From contig JAASSY010000003.1 in the NCBI GenBank assembly GCA_021767645.1, positions 1-39,999 on the forward strand: a DNA stretch of 39,999 nucleotides, given 5' to 3'. The position numbers were made by a program, and so were the translations under genes. The DNA is from Candidatus Parcubacteria bacterium. Its GTDB lineage: Bacteria > Patescibacteriota > Minisyncoccia > Phycocordibacterales > UBA918. Below are positions 25,517 to 34,688 of this stretch, piece after piece (the first letter of the stretch is position 1; each line of letters begins with the position of its first letter). The notes below the pieces were generated by a model. The model ran no database searches and was not told the DNA's origin. It saw only the letters and a list, made by a program, of their open reading frames with translations.

Positions 25517-27118
25517 GTGCGGGGACAATTTTTTTATACTGCCATCGTGGCTTTTGCGGTCGGGGTAGGGCTGACTACAGTGTGGTCAACCCCACTTAGT
25601 TTTATAGCGTGGCTCGGAATACTGAGTTTGCTGGCTGCACTGTGTGCCACACGCGCGCACCGAGAAATTAGTTGGCTAGCACTGATGCTTGTTAGTGTCA
25701 GCTTATGTCTGGTCGCTTTGGGTATGTTGCGGGTAGAGCTAGAACCGCCAGTCACTGACCAGAGTTATACAAAGCTTGTTGGTCAGGAAGTCGAGCTTAC
25801 GGGTGTAGTGGTGCGGGAACCAGATCAGCGAGAGCAGACCACACACTTGTACGTCGACGTTGGTGATGTCATGATCTTGGTCTACGCCGAGCGCTACGCA
25901 GCGGTGAATTATGGTGATCAGGTGACACTGGTTGGCGAGCTTGATAGACCAGAAGCATTTACAACTGAGCTCGGGCGTACGTTTGATTATCCTGGTTATC
26001 TACAAGCTCGCGGAGTGGGCTACACAATGTCGTTTGCTGATGTGGTGGTAAAAGACATCAACCAAGCGTCCAGTCTGCTCCACCACTTGTACCAGGTAAA
26101 AGGTGACTTTATGGACAGGTTGGAGCAAGTTTTACCTGAGCCACAGGTGGGGTTAGGCGAGGGTTTGTTACTCGGTGTGAAGCAGGCACTGGGTGAGCAG
26201 TACGAACAAGTGTTTCGCACCACTGGCCTCATGCACATTGTCGTACTTTCAGGCTATAACGTGATGCTGGTGGTCACCTTCTTCATGTACGTGTTGGCCT
26301 ACATTCTCCCGTTTCGCTGGCGCCTCGTGGTGGGTGTGGTGGCGATTGCTGGTTTCGCACTACTCGTCGGTCTTTCTGCCACTGTAGTGAGGGCAAGTAT
26401 TATGGCGAGTTTGCTTCTGTTGCTGCGTTTTACTGGTAATACCTATCACATACTCCGGGCGCTCTGTGTGGCGGGAGTAGTGATGCTGCTATTGAACCCA
26501 TATCTCTTGCTGTATGATATTGGTTTCCAGCTGTCTTTTATGGCAACGCTCGGACTGATTCTGTTTGCTGAACGAGTGTCTGACTATCTCACTTTTATGC
26601 CGGCTTGGCTTGGTTTGCGTGAATTTCTCACTGCTACTTTGGTGACGCAAGTATTTGTTTTGCCACTGCTGTTGTTTCATATTGGTGAGGTGTCGCTGGT
26701 GTCTGTGATTGTGAATGTTCTGGTACTGCCTGCGGTGCCGGTGGCGATGTTGCTTACCTTTGCTGTGGGGCTTATCTCGTACCTGTCTACTTCGTTAGCG
26801 TTAGCGTTGGCCTACCTGCCTTACGTAGCACTCACGTACATACTCGCGGTAGCTCGTTGGTTCGCCGCAGTACCGTTTGCGGCCATAACTGTGCCCGAGT
26901 TTTCTTGGTGGGCGTTTGGGTTGGTATATGGACTGATTGTGCTCGGAGCTGTGGGGTTATTACACCAACGCGAGTCAGTATCTGTCAGTACTGGTGTCAC
27001 GGACGATACGCTGCCTGACGTTTCGCACTGGACAATCGAGTGTGAGTCTGAGGTGCAGCAAAAAGCGGCCTCTTCATCTAAGGCCGCTTCAGCAGAGACA
27101 CCTGTCTTTTTTCGTTAG
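25517..27118 (+). CDS. comEC: ComEC DNA-uptake channel, OB + competence domains only
   Basis: FDY..YL, G..HIVVLSGYNV, RASIM, NP..LYDIGFQLSF.AT, multiple TM segments; no MBL domain. Confidence 0.93.
   Translation: MRGQFFYTAIVAFAVGVGLTTVWSTPLSFIAWLGILSLLAALCATRAHREISWLALMLVSVSLCLVALGMLRVELEPPVTDQSYTKLVGQEVELTGVVVREPDQREQTTHLYVDVGDVMILVYAERYAAVNYGDQVTLVGELDRPEAFTTELGRTFDYPGYLQARGVGYTMSFADVVVKDINQASSLLHHLYQVKGDFMDRLEQVLPEPQVGLGEGLLLGVKQALGEQYEQVFRTTGLMHIVVLSGYNVMLVVTFFMYVLAYILPFRWRLVVGVVAIAGFALLVGLSATVVRASIMASLLLLLRFTGNTYHILRALCVAGVVMLLLNPYLLLYDIGFQLSFMATLGLILFAERVSDYLTFMPAWLGLREFLTATLVTQVFVLPLLLFHIGEVSLVSVIVNVLVLPAVPVAMLLTFAVGLISYLSTSLALALAYLPYVALTYILAVARWFAAVPFAAITVPEFSWWAFGLVYGLIVLGAVGLLHQRESVSVSTGVTDDTLPDVSHWTIECESEVQQKAASSSKAASAETPVFFR
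27060..27089 (-). terminator. SOD terminator embedded in the comEC 3' coding end
   Basis: Minus strand AAGCGGCCT-loop-AGGCCGCTTTTT. Confidence 0.6.
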
Positions 27119-27687
27119 ATGCGGTTTGCGACTACCTCCCAATTGAGGTTGGCAAAGAAGGCTTCCACGTATTGCATTTTTTCTGATGGTGGATGGTCCA
27201 GCATGTACGAGTGTTCCCACATATCGAGCGCTAATACAATGTCAACATCAGCAAGTTGGCCGAGTTGTTGTTCGTCTACCCACGTGCAGACGAGTTGGTT
27301 TTCGGCGCGATCGATGTACGCCATTACCCAACCGACACCACGAGTTTTGGCAATGAGACGAAATTGCTCCACGAACGCATCGAAAGAACCATATTGGTCT
27401 TCGACCATAGTTTTGAAAGGTCCGTCTGGGCATGGTTGCGCACCACCTTCAAACTGGGTGAAGTAGTACTCGTGGTTTTTCATACCACCAAACTCAAAGC
27501 CAAGTCTGCGGCGCATCTCGGCGATAGCGTAGGCATTTTGTTCTGGTTCATTGCTGTAGGCAGCAATCCGCTCGTGAATCAAATTGACGTGTTTGACGTA
27601 ACCTTGGTAGAGACCAATATGTTCGTCGATAGTTTGTTTGGAAATCCCTGTTAGCTCTGGGATGGTAAAAGTTTTTGGTTCGTACAT
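27115..27687 (-). CDS. Fe/Mn superoxide dismutase family protein
   Basis: H..LY.GYV, GGMKNHEYYF, G.GW, LDMWEHSY, NLNW; ligands H/H/D/H are present. Confidence 0.9.
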   Translation of the reverse strand: MYEPKTFTIPELTGISKQTIDEHIGLYQGYVKHVNLIHERIAAYSNEPEQNAYAIAEMRRRLGFEFGGMKNHEYYFTQFEGGAQPCPDGPFKTMVEDQYGSFDAFVEQFRLIAKTRGVGWVMAYIDRAENQLVCTWVDEQQLGQLADVDIVLALDMWEHSYMLDHPPSEKMQYVEAFFANLNWEVVANRI

Positions 27688-27737
27688 AGTCAATGAAGTG
27701 TAATGAGTAACTCGTCATGAGTGTATCATAGTGATAT

Positions 27738-28601
27738 ATGGATGCAGAGGAGCGAGTCTGGGCACGGGTAGTGGTTGTGAGTTTATTATTGGTGGTAGCT
27801 GGCACCATTTGGCTGCTTCCACGGCTGTTGCCGACACCACCGCAGTACCTAGAAGTGCACGTGCTTGATGTTGGGCAAGGTGATGCTATTTTGCTTGAGA
27901 GTCCAAGCGGGCAACAGATGTTGATTGATGGTGGTCGCAATAACCAAGTGCTTCGTTCGCTAGCGGCCGAGCTTGCTTTCTTTGATCGGACACTCGACTT
28001 CGTCGTTGCGACCCATCCTGACGCTGATCATATTGGTGGGCTGGTCGATGTGCTACAGCGGTACACGGTAGAGACTGTATTGGTCACAGACAACCAGAGT
28101 GACACCACCGCTCATGCGGCGTTTACCGCAGCGATTGCTGCTGAGAACGCTGAACGACTAGTGCCCCGTCGGGGGCAGACCATTGACCTCGGGGCTGGTG
28201 TGCTCGTAACAGTGCTCTGGCCAGAGACGAACGCGGCTCGTCTGGAGAGTAACGCTGCATCGGTGGTGTTACATGTCCACTACGGTGAAACGGCCTTTTT
28301 GCTTACTGGTGATAGTCCAAAACGAATCGAAGAATATTTAGTACTGACGTACGGTGAGTATTTAGCGAGTGATGTGTTAAAGGTGGGGCACCACGGCTCA
28401 CGCACGTCAACGGCTGAACTATTTTTAGCAGAAGTTAGACCACAGTACGCAGTTATTTCTGCCGGGGCAGATAATCGCTATGGTCACCCACACGTGGAGG
28501 TAACCGACGCACTCTTTAACGCGGGAGTAACCACCTTTACGACGGCTGAGCAGGGTACGGTATCGTTTATCAGTGACGGTATGACCGTGACACCATACTA
28601 A
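27738..28601 (+). CDS. ComEC-type metallo-beta-lactamase-fold nuclease, stand-alone and membrane-anchored
   Basis: DVGQGDA, LIDGG, THPDADHIGG, LLTGD, KVGHHGS, N.YGHP. Confidence 0.93.
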   Translation: MDAEERVWARVVVVSLLLVVAGTIWLLPRLLPTPPQYLEVHVLDVGQGDAILLESPSGQQMLIDGGRNNQVLRSLAAELAFFDRTLDFVVATHPDADHIGGLVDVLQRYTVETVLVTDNQSDTTAHAAFTAAIAAENAERLVPRRGQTIDLGAGVLVTVLWPETNAARLESNAASVVLHVHYGETAFLLTGDSPKRIEEYLVLTYGEYLASDVLKVGHHGSRTSTAELFLAEVRPQYAVISAGADNRYGHPHVEVTDALFNAGVTTFTTAEQGTVSFISDGMTVTPY

Positions 28602-28632
28602 AATTGGCCAGTCTGTACTGACTGGCCAATTT
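28601..28632. terminator. Bidirectional terminator
   Basis: AAATTGGCCAGTC-TGTACT-GACTGGCCAATTT between convergent genes. Confidence 0.85.
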
Positions 28633-28657
28633 ATTTACTGGTTGTGTGTACACCAAA

Positions 28658-28900
28658 CTAGATAAGCTTGGCAGCTTTGAGGGTCGCGTACGCACCGTTT
28701 TTGGCGATAGTGCGGAGGCCTTTAGCTGATACCTTGACGCTCACGTACTGATCAATCTCAGGGACGTAAATCTTCTTTTTCTGGAGGTTGGGCTGACGGG
28801 TCGTTTTGCCGCACGGGTTAAACTGCGTCGCACGCGTGCGGTTGCTGTAACGACCACCCGTTTGGGTTTTTTTGCCAGTGATGTCGCATTGCTTTGCCAT
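28658..28900 (-). CDS. rpmB: 50S ribosomal protein bL28
   Basis: MAK.C.ITGK....G, PNLQKK, VKVSAKGLRT. Confidence 0.92.
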   Translation of the reverse strand: MAKQCDITGKKTQTGGRYSNRTRATQFNPCGKTTRQPNLQKKKIYVPEIDQYVSVKVSAKGLRTIAKNGAYATLKAAKLI

Positions 28901-29019
28901 AAATAATCAATTTAAGTGGGCGTATACTACCACGGACGCTTTAGATTGCAAGCTACAAGAATCTAGTGTGTCGAAATGATGGTGCGTGAGGGTAGAAAGT
29001 ACGATATAGTGGAGCCCGT

Positions 29020-29658
29020 ATGGAAACTATTTTGATTATCGCTGCCTTGATTATGTCGATTGTGCTCCACGAGATGGCACACGGTTACGCTGCAAACTGG
29101 CTCGGTGACCCCACGGCACGTTTGCAAGGACGGCTTTCAGGCAACCCTTTGGTGCATCTCGACCCAATTGGTTCAGTGTTAGTGCCAGCCCTCTTATTTT
29201 TTGGTAACGCGGGTATTCTCTTCGGTTGGGCCAAACCGGTGCCGTATAACCCCTACAACCTGCGCGACCAAAAGTGGGGCGAGGCGATCGTCGCGGCGGC
29301 CGGTCCAGCCATCAACATCGCTCTCGCTCTATTCTTTGCGCTGCTGATACGTTTCGATGCCCTTTTGGGGCTGCCCGGAAGTTTTATCGAAATCGCTGCG
29401 TACGTGGTGTATATCAACATCCTCTTAGCGTTCTTTAATATGATTCCCATACCACCGCTGGATGGTTCAAAAATTCTCAAAGCCCTCTTGCCGTTTCGCG
29501 CTGCTCGACAGTACGATGAGTTCCTGATGAAAGTGCAGTCATTTGGTTTGATTTTCACCTTCCTTTTTATCTTTCTGTTCATTAATGTATTCTGGGGACC
29601 GTTTTCACAGCTGGTAAATACTGTTTTTACCCTCTTTACCGGTACCCGGTTCTTTTAG
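29020..29658 (+). CDS. Site-2 protease, peptidase M50 family
   Basis: HEMAHG, LGDPTA..GR, GWAKPVP, AGP..N, FNMIPIPPLDGS. Confidence 0.94.
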   Translation: METILIIAALIMSIVLHEMAHGYAANWLGDPTARLQGRLSGNPLVHLDPIGSVLVPALLFFGNAGILFGWAKPVPYNPYNLRDQKWGEAIVAAAGPAINIALALFFALLIRFDALLGLPGSFIEIAAYVVYINILLAFFNMIPIPPLDGSKILKALLPFRAARQYDEFLMKVQSFGLIFTFLFIFLFINVFWGPFSQLVNTVFTLFTGTRFF

Positions 29659-29725
29659 AACGTCTCTACCAGTCGCATTTCTCTTGCAAATTCCGCTGAC
29701 TATAGTATTCTGTCGCTGCTAACTT

Positions 29726-30139
29726 ATGGCAACAATCAATCAATTAACCCGTAAGTCACGTAAGGACAAAGCCCGCAAAACGAAGGTGGCGGCGTTGCAG
29801 TCTGGTTTTAACTCTATCAAGAACAAGCCAAACAGCTACAATTCACCTTTCAAGCGTGGTGTATGTACACGTGTGACGACGAAGACCCCACGTAAGCCGA
29901 ACTCAGCGATTCGAAAGATTGCTCGTGTTCGACTCAGCAACGGTCAGGAAATCACCGCGTACATCCCCGGCATTGGGCATACACTCCAGGAGCACTCCGT
30001 AGTGCTCGTGCGTGGCGGACGTGTCAAAGACATCGGTGTGAACTACACGGTGGTGCGAGGTAAGTACGACGCTACTGGCGTTGACGCTCGACGACGTGGT
30101 CGTTCACGATACGGTGCTAAAAAGCCTAAGGGTGAGTAA
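29726..30139 (+). CDS. rpsL: 30S ribosomal protein uS12
   Basis: [46 protein letters not shown]. Confidence 0.98.
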   Translation: MATINQLTRKSRKDKARKTKVAALQSGFNSIKNKPNSYNSPFKRGVCTRVTTKTPRKPNSAIRKIARVRLSNGQEITAYIPGIGHTLQEHSVVLVRGGRVKDIGVNYTVVRGKYDATGVDARRRGRSRYGAKKPKGE

Positions 30140-30335
30140 ACTTGCGCTTAGATATTATGTTGGAATAAAGCGATATTCCAAACCACATTACAAATAGTTT
30201 ATATTCGCTACAGATTATCGGATGCGACTCTAAAGAGAGTCATAGGACACCCGTCCTACTTATGCGAAGAATGAAAATATACCGAGCGATGCTCGCACCA
30301 TATTTCTCATACTTCGTCGTTAACGTATACACAAC

Positions 30336-30809
30336 ATGCGACGACCAATTAAAAAACGACCAGACATCCAGCCGGACGTGCGATACGGTTCGGTTGAAGT
30401 GGAGCGACTCATCAATTACTTGATGCTTCGCGGTCAAAAAGAAACCGCCCGTAAAATCGTCTACGCGGCGTTTGAAGAAATCAAAAACGCGAAAGAAGAC
30501 GGTGGTGAACCACTCGAAATCTTCGAAGCAGCCCTCCGTAACGCAGGACCACAGATGGAAGTTCGTTCCCGCCGAGTGGGTGGAGCCAACTATCAGGTAC
30601 CACGGGAGGTGCGTCCAGAACGACGTCTCGCCCTGGCCCTCCGTTGGATTACCGCGGCAGCGCGTAACCAAAAAGGTAAACCAACCTACAAAGCTCTCGC
30701 TAACGAGCTGATGCTGGCTGCTAAGGAAGAAGGTGTGGCAGTGAAGAAGAAAGAAGATACTCACCGCATGGCGGAGGCCAACCGAGCCTTTGCTCACTTC
30801 GCTTGGTAA
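30336..30809 (+). CDS. rpsG: 30S ribosomal protein uS7
   Basis: EVRSRRVGGANYQVP, ALRW, KKEDTHRMAEANRAFAHF. Confidence 0.98.
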   Translation: MRRPIKKRPDIQPDVRYGSVEVERLINYLMLRGQKETARKIVYAAFEEIKNAKEDGGEPLEIFEAALRNAGPQMEVRSRRVGGANYQVPREVRPERRLALALRWITAAARNQKGKPTYKALANELMLAAKEEGVAVKKKEDTHRMAEANRAFAHFAW

Positions 30810-30846
30810 GAAACCAAAAAAAACGCGACTCACTTTGTCGCACTAC

Positions 30847-30892
30847 GAAAAATGGCCCTCCCTGGACTTTTGTCCCAGTCGGGCCATTTTTC
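30847..30892 (+). terminator. Terminator after rpsG
   Basis: GAAAAATGGCCC...GGGCCATTTTTC stem with U-tract. Confidence 0.75.
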
Positions 30893-30907
30893 TTGTGCTC
30901 CTCGTGA

Positions 30908-31291
30908 TTCATCGCATTTATTGATTTCTTTGCCTTGTCTCGTGATGTTGTGCTTGGAAATGGTCACGAGCTGGTAAGAATAAAGTTAGATGTATATAGC
31001 AAGGAAGATTTAAGAGATAAGTATCCAGTTGAGAGTAAAAAACAAATAGAATCACTCGCTACTCACGATGCATTTAACTCCACTGTCGCTATGTCTAATG
31101 CACTAGAGGAGTTCTCGGCAAGAGTGTTAATTTTATCAGCCGAACATGAATATTCCTTAAGAATTTTGCAAGATTCATATCTTAAGCTAATGGAAAGCAT
31201 CACCACATTCATTGTGCATGACAACAAAGCATCAAAAGATAAAAATTTTGTGAATTCCATAAAGCTTTATAGAATTTGGAGCAAGATTTAA
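30908..31291 (+). pseudogene. AT-rich ORF fragment without a credible start, possible foreign gene remnant
   Basis: Frame open from the TGA at 30905 to 31291, only a TTG start and no SD; visibly more AT-rich than its flanks. Confidence 0.4.
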
Positions 31292-31294
31292 AAG

Positions 31295-31327
31295 AAACCC
31301 CGCAGCCGAGTCGTCGGCTGCGGGTTT
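31295..31327. terminator. Bidirectional terminator
   Basis: CCCGCAGCCGA-GTCG-TCGGCTGCGGG flanked by A and T tracts. Confidence 0.85.
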
Positions 31328-31331
31328 GGAA

Positions 31332-31979
31332 TTAGCGAGGGATGTAAATTCCACCCTCGAACTCTAGCCCCAGTAATGCAAACGAAATCCAGACCGGCAG
31401 ATAACCAATATGTCGATTAATTCGGTCGTCGACGAAGAACGTCAAACGTTTGATTTGCGTGCGCGAAAGACTGCCTTCTCTCAAAGCCTGCGCTGTGGCA
31501 TCCACCACCAGCTCATGAATGAATCGATTTTCCAACGCACCTTCTATATGCATGAACGCATTGTAGACTGAGCCCACTTCGTAAAGGTCCTTGATGTGGA
31601 GGTGAGAACTGCCATCTTTACGCAGACGCACCTTACTCGTGCCCAAGGTCAACGATGATGCGTGTTCTTCGCTGAAAGTTTTTGGCGGTGGCAGTTCTGT
31701 GAAAGTGACTGTTTCACCAGCCAGTGCACGACCTACCATATCTCCCAAACGGGATGGTTCACGAGAGGTGTCATATACAGTGATGAGTACCCGGTCTTGT
31801 TTGCCAGTAATCACCTTCAAGGTTTTTCTGTCTTTTTTACTATAGACGTAGTGCGTCTGGCCAATTTTGAGGGTGTGTGGCGACTGGATGAGCGAGACAA
31901 CTTCTTCAATGGTGAGTTGAGTGCGCTTATCGTTTTCGATGCGCTTCCTGGCGTGCTTCGTAATGTGAACGGGGCGCAT
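31332..31979 (-). CDS. Protein with N-terminal DUF4258-like (RelE-related) domain and unknown C-terminal domain
   Basis: ITKHARKRI..R..TIEEV...I..P ... LKVI.....LITVY pattern; SD AAAGGAG; TTGACA promoter upstream. Confidence 0.65.
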   Translation of the reverse strand: MRPVHITKHARKRIENDKRTQLTIEEVVSLIQSPHTLKIGQTHYVYSKKDRKTLKVITGKQDRVLITVYDTSREPSRLGDMVGRALAGETVTFTELPPPKTFSEEHASSLTLGTSKVRLRKDGSSHLHIKDLYEVGSVYNAFMHIEGALENRFIHELVVDATAQALREGSLSRTQIKRLTFFVDDRINRHIGYLPVWISFALLGLEFEGGIYIPR

Positions 31980-32115
31980 GTGTTTCTCCTTTCGATGTTC
32001 GAGCTGGTGTAACAATATAACACTATATATCTTTGTCAATATTCAGATGTGAGAAGGTGCCTCTTCAAAAAGGGAATGATTTTACTTTACTCTTATATAG
32101 TGTACGCTACGGCCC

Positions 32116-33603
32116 ATGTCAAAAGCGCAAGGAGTGATTTCTTTCAAACGGGTGTCATTTGAGTACGATGCGACCAAACCAATCTTAACTGAAGCTGATT
32201 TTTCGGTGCGCCGAGGCGCTAAGCTGACCCTCATGGGGCAAAATGGGGCGGGGAAGTCGACTATCTTTTCGTTGATTACTGGCGCCTTGCAGCCAGAGGA
32301 GGGTGATATACACGTAGAACCACGGATTACGATTGCGTTGGCACGACAGATGATCCCGCGTGAAGAATTATCGCAAACCGTGCGGGAGTTTTTTCAAAAC
32401 TGTTTTACCGAAACAGTCTACAACATTGATCCCAAAATCGATGCGGTATTAGAAGTGGTGAATTTGGTGCCGACTGAAAAGCAGCAAGCCACCTTTAAAG
32501 ATCGGACAGTCGGTAGTTTTTCGGGCGGTCAACAAGCCCGCCTTCTGTTAGCGTCTGCACTTATTCAAGAACCAGATATTCTGCTACTCGATGAGCCAAC
32601 AAACAACCTCGACAGCGCTGGTATTGCTCACTTGACTGAATTTCTTAAGGAATACCGCAAGACTGTGTTAGTGATTTCGCATGATGCTGACTTCTTGAAC
32701 GCTTTTACCCACGGTGTGTTGTATCTTAATACCCAGAAGCGTCAGATTGAATTGTTTCAAGGAAATTATCATAAAGTAGTAGGCCAGATTGCTGCCCAAG
32801 TAGAAAAAGAAAAGCGTCAAAACGCCCAACTACAGAAACAGATCAAAGCCGATAAGGAGAAGATTAACTACTTCTCAAACAAAGGTGGAAAAATGCGTAT
32901 GGTGGCGAAACGGATGCGCGATGATATTGCTGAGGCAGAAGAGAACAAAATTGACGTGCGCCAAGAGGACAAAACCATCCGTCCTTTCACGATTGAGCCA
33001 CATAGTGATGTACCGCTTGAAGTTGTGCAGCTTGACTCAGTCAAAGTGATTAAAAATCATGAGCCGAAAGATTGTCGCTGTGATGTCACACTGCAGCGTG
33101 GTCAGCACTTACGGATCGTTGGTCCAAACGGTATTGGTAAGACAACGTTGCTTGAGAGTTTGGCAGGAGGTGATGCTACCGGTGAACATATAGCGGCTGG
33201 GGTGCGGATTGGGTACTATCGGCAAGACTTTTCCAATCTCGATTTTAACGCCACGGTGTTTGATACGCTGATGGACTCGATGCGAGAAAAGTTTGAAGAA
33301 GATATGCGCTCAATAGCAGCTGGCTTTTTGTTGTTGAGCGATGTGATGCGAACGAAGGTAGGTAGTCTTTCAGAAGGACAGAAAGGCTTGTTGGCGTTTG
33401 CCAAGCTGACTATGGAGCAGCCAGGACTCTTAATTCTTGATGAACCAACCAACCACATCAACTTTCGACACATCCCGGTAATCGCTCAAGCTTTACATAA
33501 CTACAAAGGAGCTATGATCCTTGTTTCTCACGTACCTGATTTTGTAGAACAGATACGGATTGATCAGACGCTCGATCTGGCTACGCTTAAAGCTAAGAAA
33601 TAA
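32116..33603 (+). CDS. ABC-F family ATPase (translation-associated)
   Basis: Two ABC domains (GQNGAGKST/FSGGQ/LLLDEPTNNLD; GPNGIGKTT/LSEGQ/LILDEPTNH) with helical linker and no TM. Confidence 0.93.
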   Translation: MSKAQGVISFKRVSFEYDATKPILTEADFSVRRGAKLTLMGQNGAGKSTIFSLITGALQPEEGDIHVEPRITIALARQMIPREELSQTVREFFQNCFTETVYNIDPKIDAVLEVVNLVPTEKQQATFKDRTVGSFSGGQQARLLLASALIQEPDILLLDEPTNNLDSAGIAHLTEFLKEYRKTVLVISHDADFLNAFTHGVLYLNTQKRQIELFQGNYHKVVGQIAAQVEKEKRQNAQLQKQIKADKEKINYFSNKGGKMRMVAKRMRDDIAEAEENKIDVRQEDKTIRPFTIEPHSDVPLEVVQLDSVKVIKNHEPKDCRCDVTLQRGQHLRIVGPNGIGKTTLLESLAGGDATGEHIAAGVRIGYYRQDFSNLDFNATVFDTLMDSMREKFEEDMRSIAAGFLLLSDVMRTKVGSLSEGQKGLLAFAKLTMEQPGLLILDEPTNHINFRHIPVIAQALHNYKGAMILVSHVPDFVEQIRIDQTLDLATLKAKK

Positions 33604-33644
33604 CACGCACGAGCGTACCCTATGATGCGAAGCATGTCGTTGTA

Positions 33645-34634
33645 TTAAGGGCGCCGTGAAAGTCGTGCTGCCAGACGTAACGTGCCAAACAGAAGGAAAA
33701 CCAAGAGTCCTACTTGGATGAGTATTGGATACGATAGGAGCCAAGACGTGATGGTTAATATGGCGGTATAGATACCTCGTACAATATTTTCCACGAAGGT
33801 GAATACGTCACCAAAAAACCCTGGGGGTTTCTCTGGTGGTGATGGTTGTGTATCACTGCGTATTACTGCTCCAAATCCATCTTCGTTGACTGGTACATCT
33901 GGATCAGCTTGTTGGGTGGCAATAGTTAGGTCACGGTTTGCCCGATAGTTGTCCAGCCGTCGTTTAGTGGTGTTGCTCCAGTTGGTGATGTTACGTAGAA
34001 GTGTTTCGGCCCGTGATGGCGTCAGGAAACGTTCGAGACCTTGTGCGGTAGATGTGGTACTCGAACTGGTAGCGGTGAGGGTTGTCGTTGCCAGGTTACC
34101 AGTTTCATTGGTAGGTGCTGGTTCTGGTGTGTTGTAGGTAAGTGGATCAGTACCTCGCGCTCGTTCTTCGTCGTCAGTTAGTCCGTCACCATCATCGTCA
34201 GTATCGGTTTCGTTGCCGATGCCATCGCCATCAGTATCGTAGTCTACAAACAGGATGTCGTCGGCTAAGGAGGCAGTCACGGTCGTACGTTCTTCACTCC
34301 CGTCCACACGACTGAGTTCAAGACGTGAGAGCTCAGCGCGTACGGTGTGTTCACCGTAGTCTGGTGTCCAGTCTGCCCAGCTTTCGACAATTCGTCCGTC
34401 GAGTGCGGCAACACTTTTACGAGTGAGTACCTGATCATCGATGTAGAAGGTGACCGTGCCAGCTAGTTCAGCCCCTGTGTTGTTGCGGACTGCGACGTAG
34501 ATGCGGACTGGTTCATCGACAAAAACCGTTTCTCGGTCGTACCAGAGACCTTGTACAAAACCAGCGCTGTCGGTTTGGGCCAAGCTAAGACAGGGTATGA
34601 GGAGGACACAAGCGATCGCAATAGTGCGTTTCAT
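33645..34634 (-). CDS. Surface protein: signal peptide, Ig/CARDB-like domain, Asp-rich Ca-binding (TSP3-like) repeats, C-terminal TM anchor
   Basis: SLA-Q cleavage site; DTDGDGIGNETDTDDDGDGLTDDEE..GTDPL; hydrophobic C-terminus. Confidence 0.82.
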   Translation of the reverse strand: MKRTIAIACVLLIPCLSLAQTDSAGFVQGLWYDRETVFVDEPVRIYVAVRNNTGAELAGTVTFYIDDQVLTRKSVAALDGRIVESWADWTPDYGEHTVRAELSRLELSRVDGSEERTTVTASLADDILFVDYDTDGDGIGNETDTDDDGDGLTDDEERARGTDPLTYNTPEPAPTNETGNLATTTLTATSSSTTSTAQGLERFLTPSRAETLLRNITNWSNTTKRRLDNYRANRDLTIATQQADPDVPVNEDGFGAVIRSDTQPSPPEKPPGFFGDVFTFVENIVRGIYTAILTITSWLLSYPILIQVGLLVFLLFGTLRLAARLSRRP

Positions 34635-34688
34635 TACTTCATTATATACATACATGACGGCTTGGACAGCCTGCGCTATACTGGGGCA

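Noticed and set aside
32116-33603. Calling the ABC-F an antibiotic-resistance (ARE) gene
   Set aside because: The subfamily cannot be assigned by eye, and most ABC-F proteins are housekeeping translation factors.
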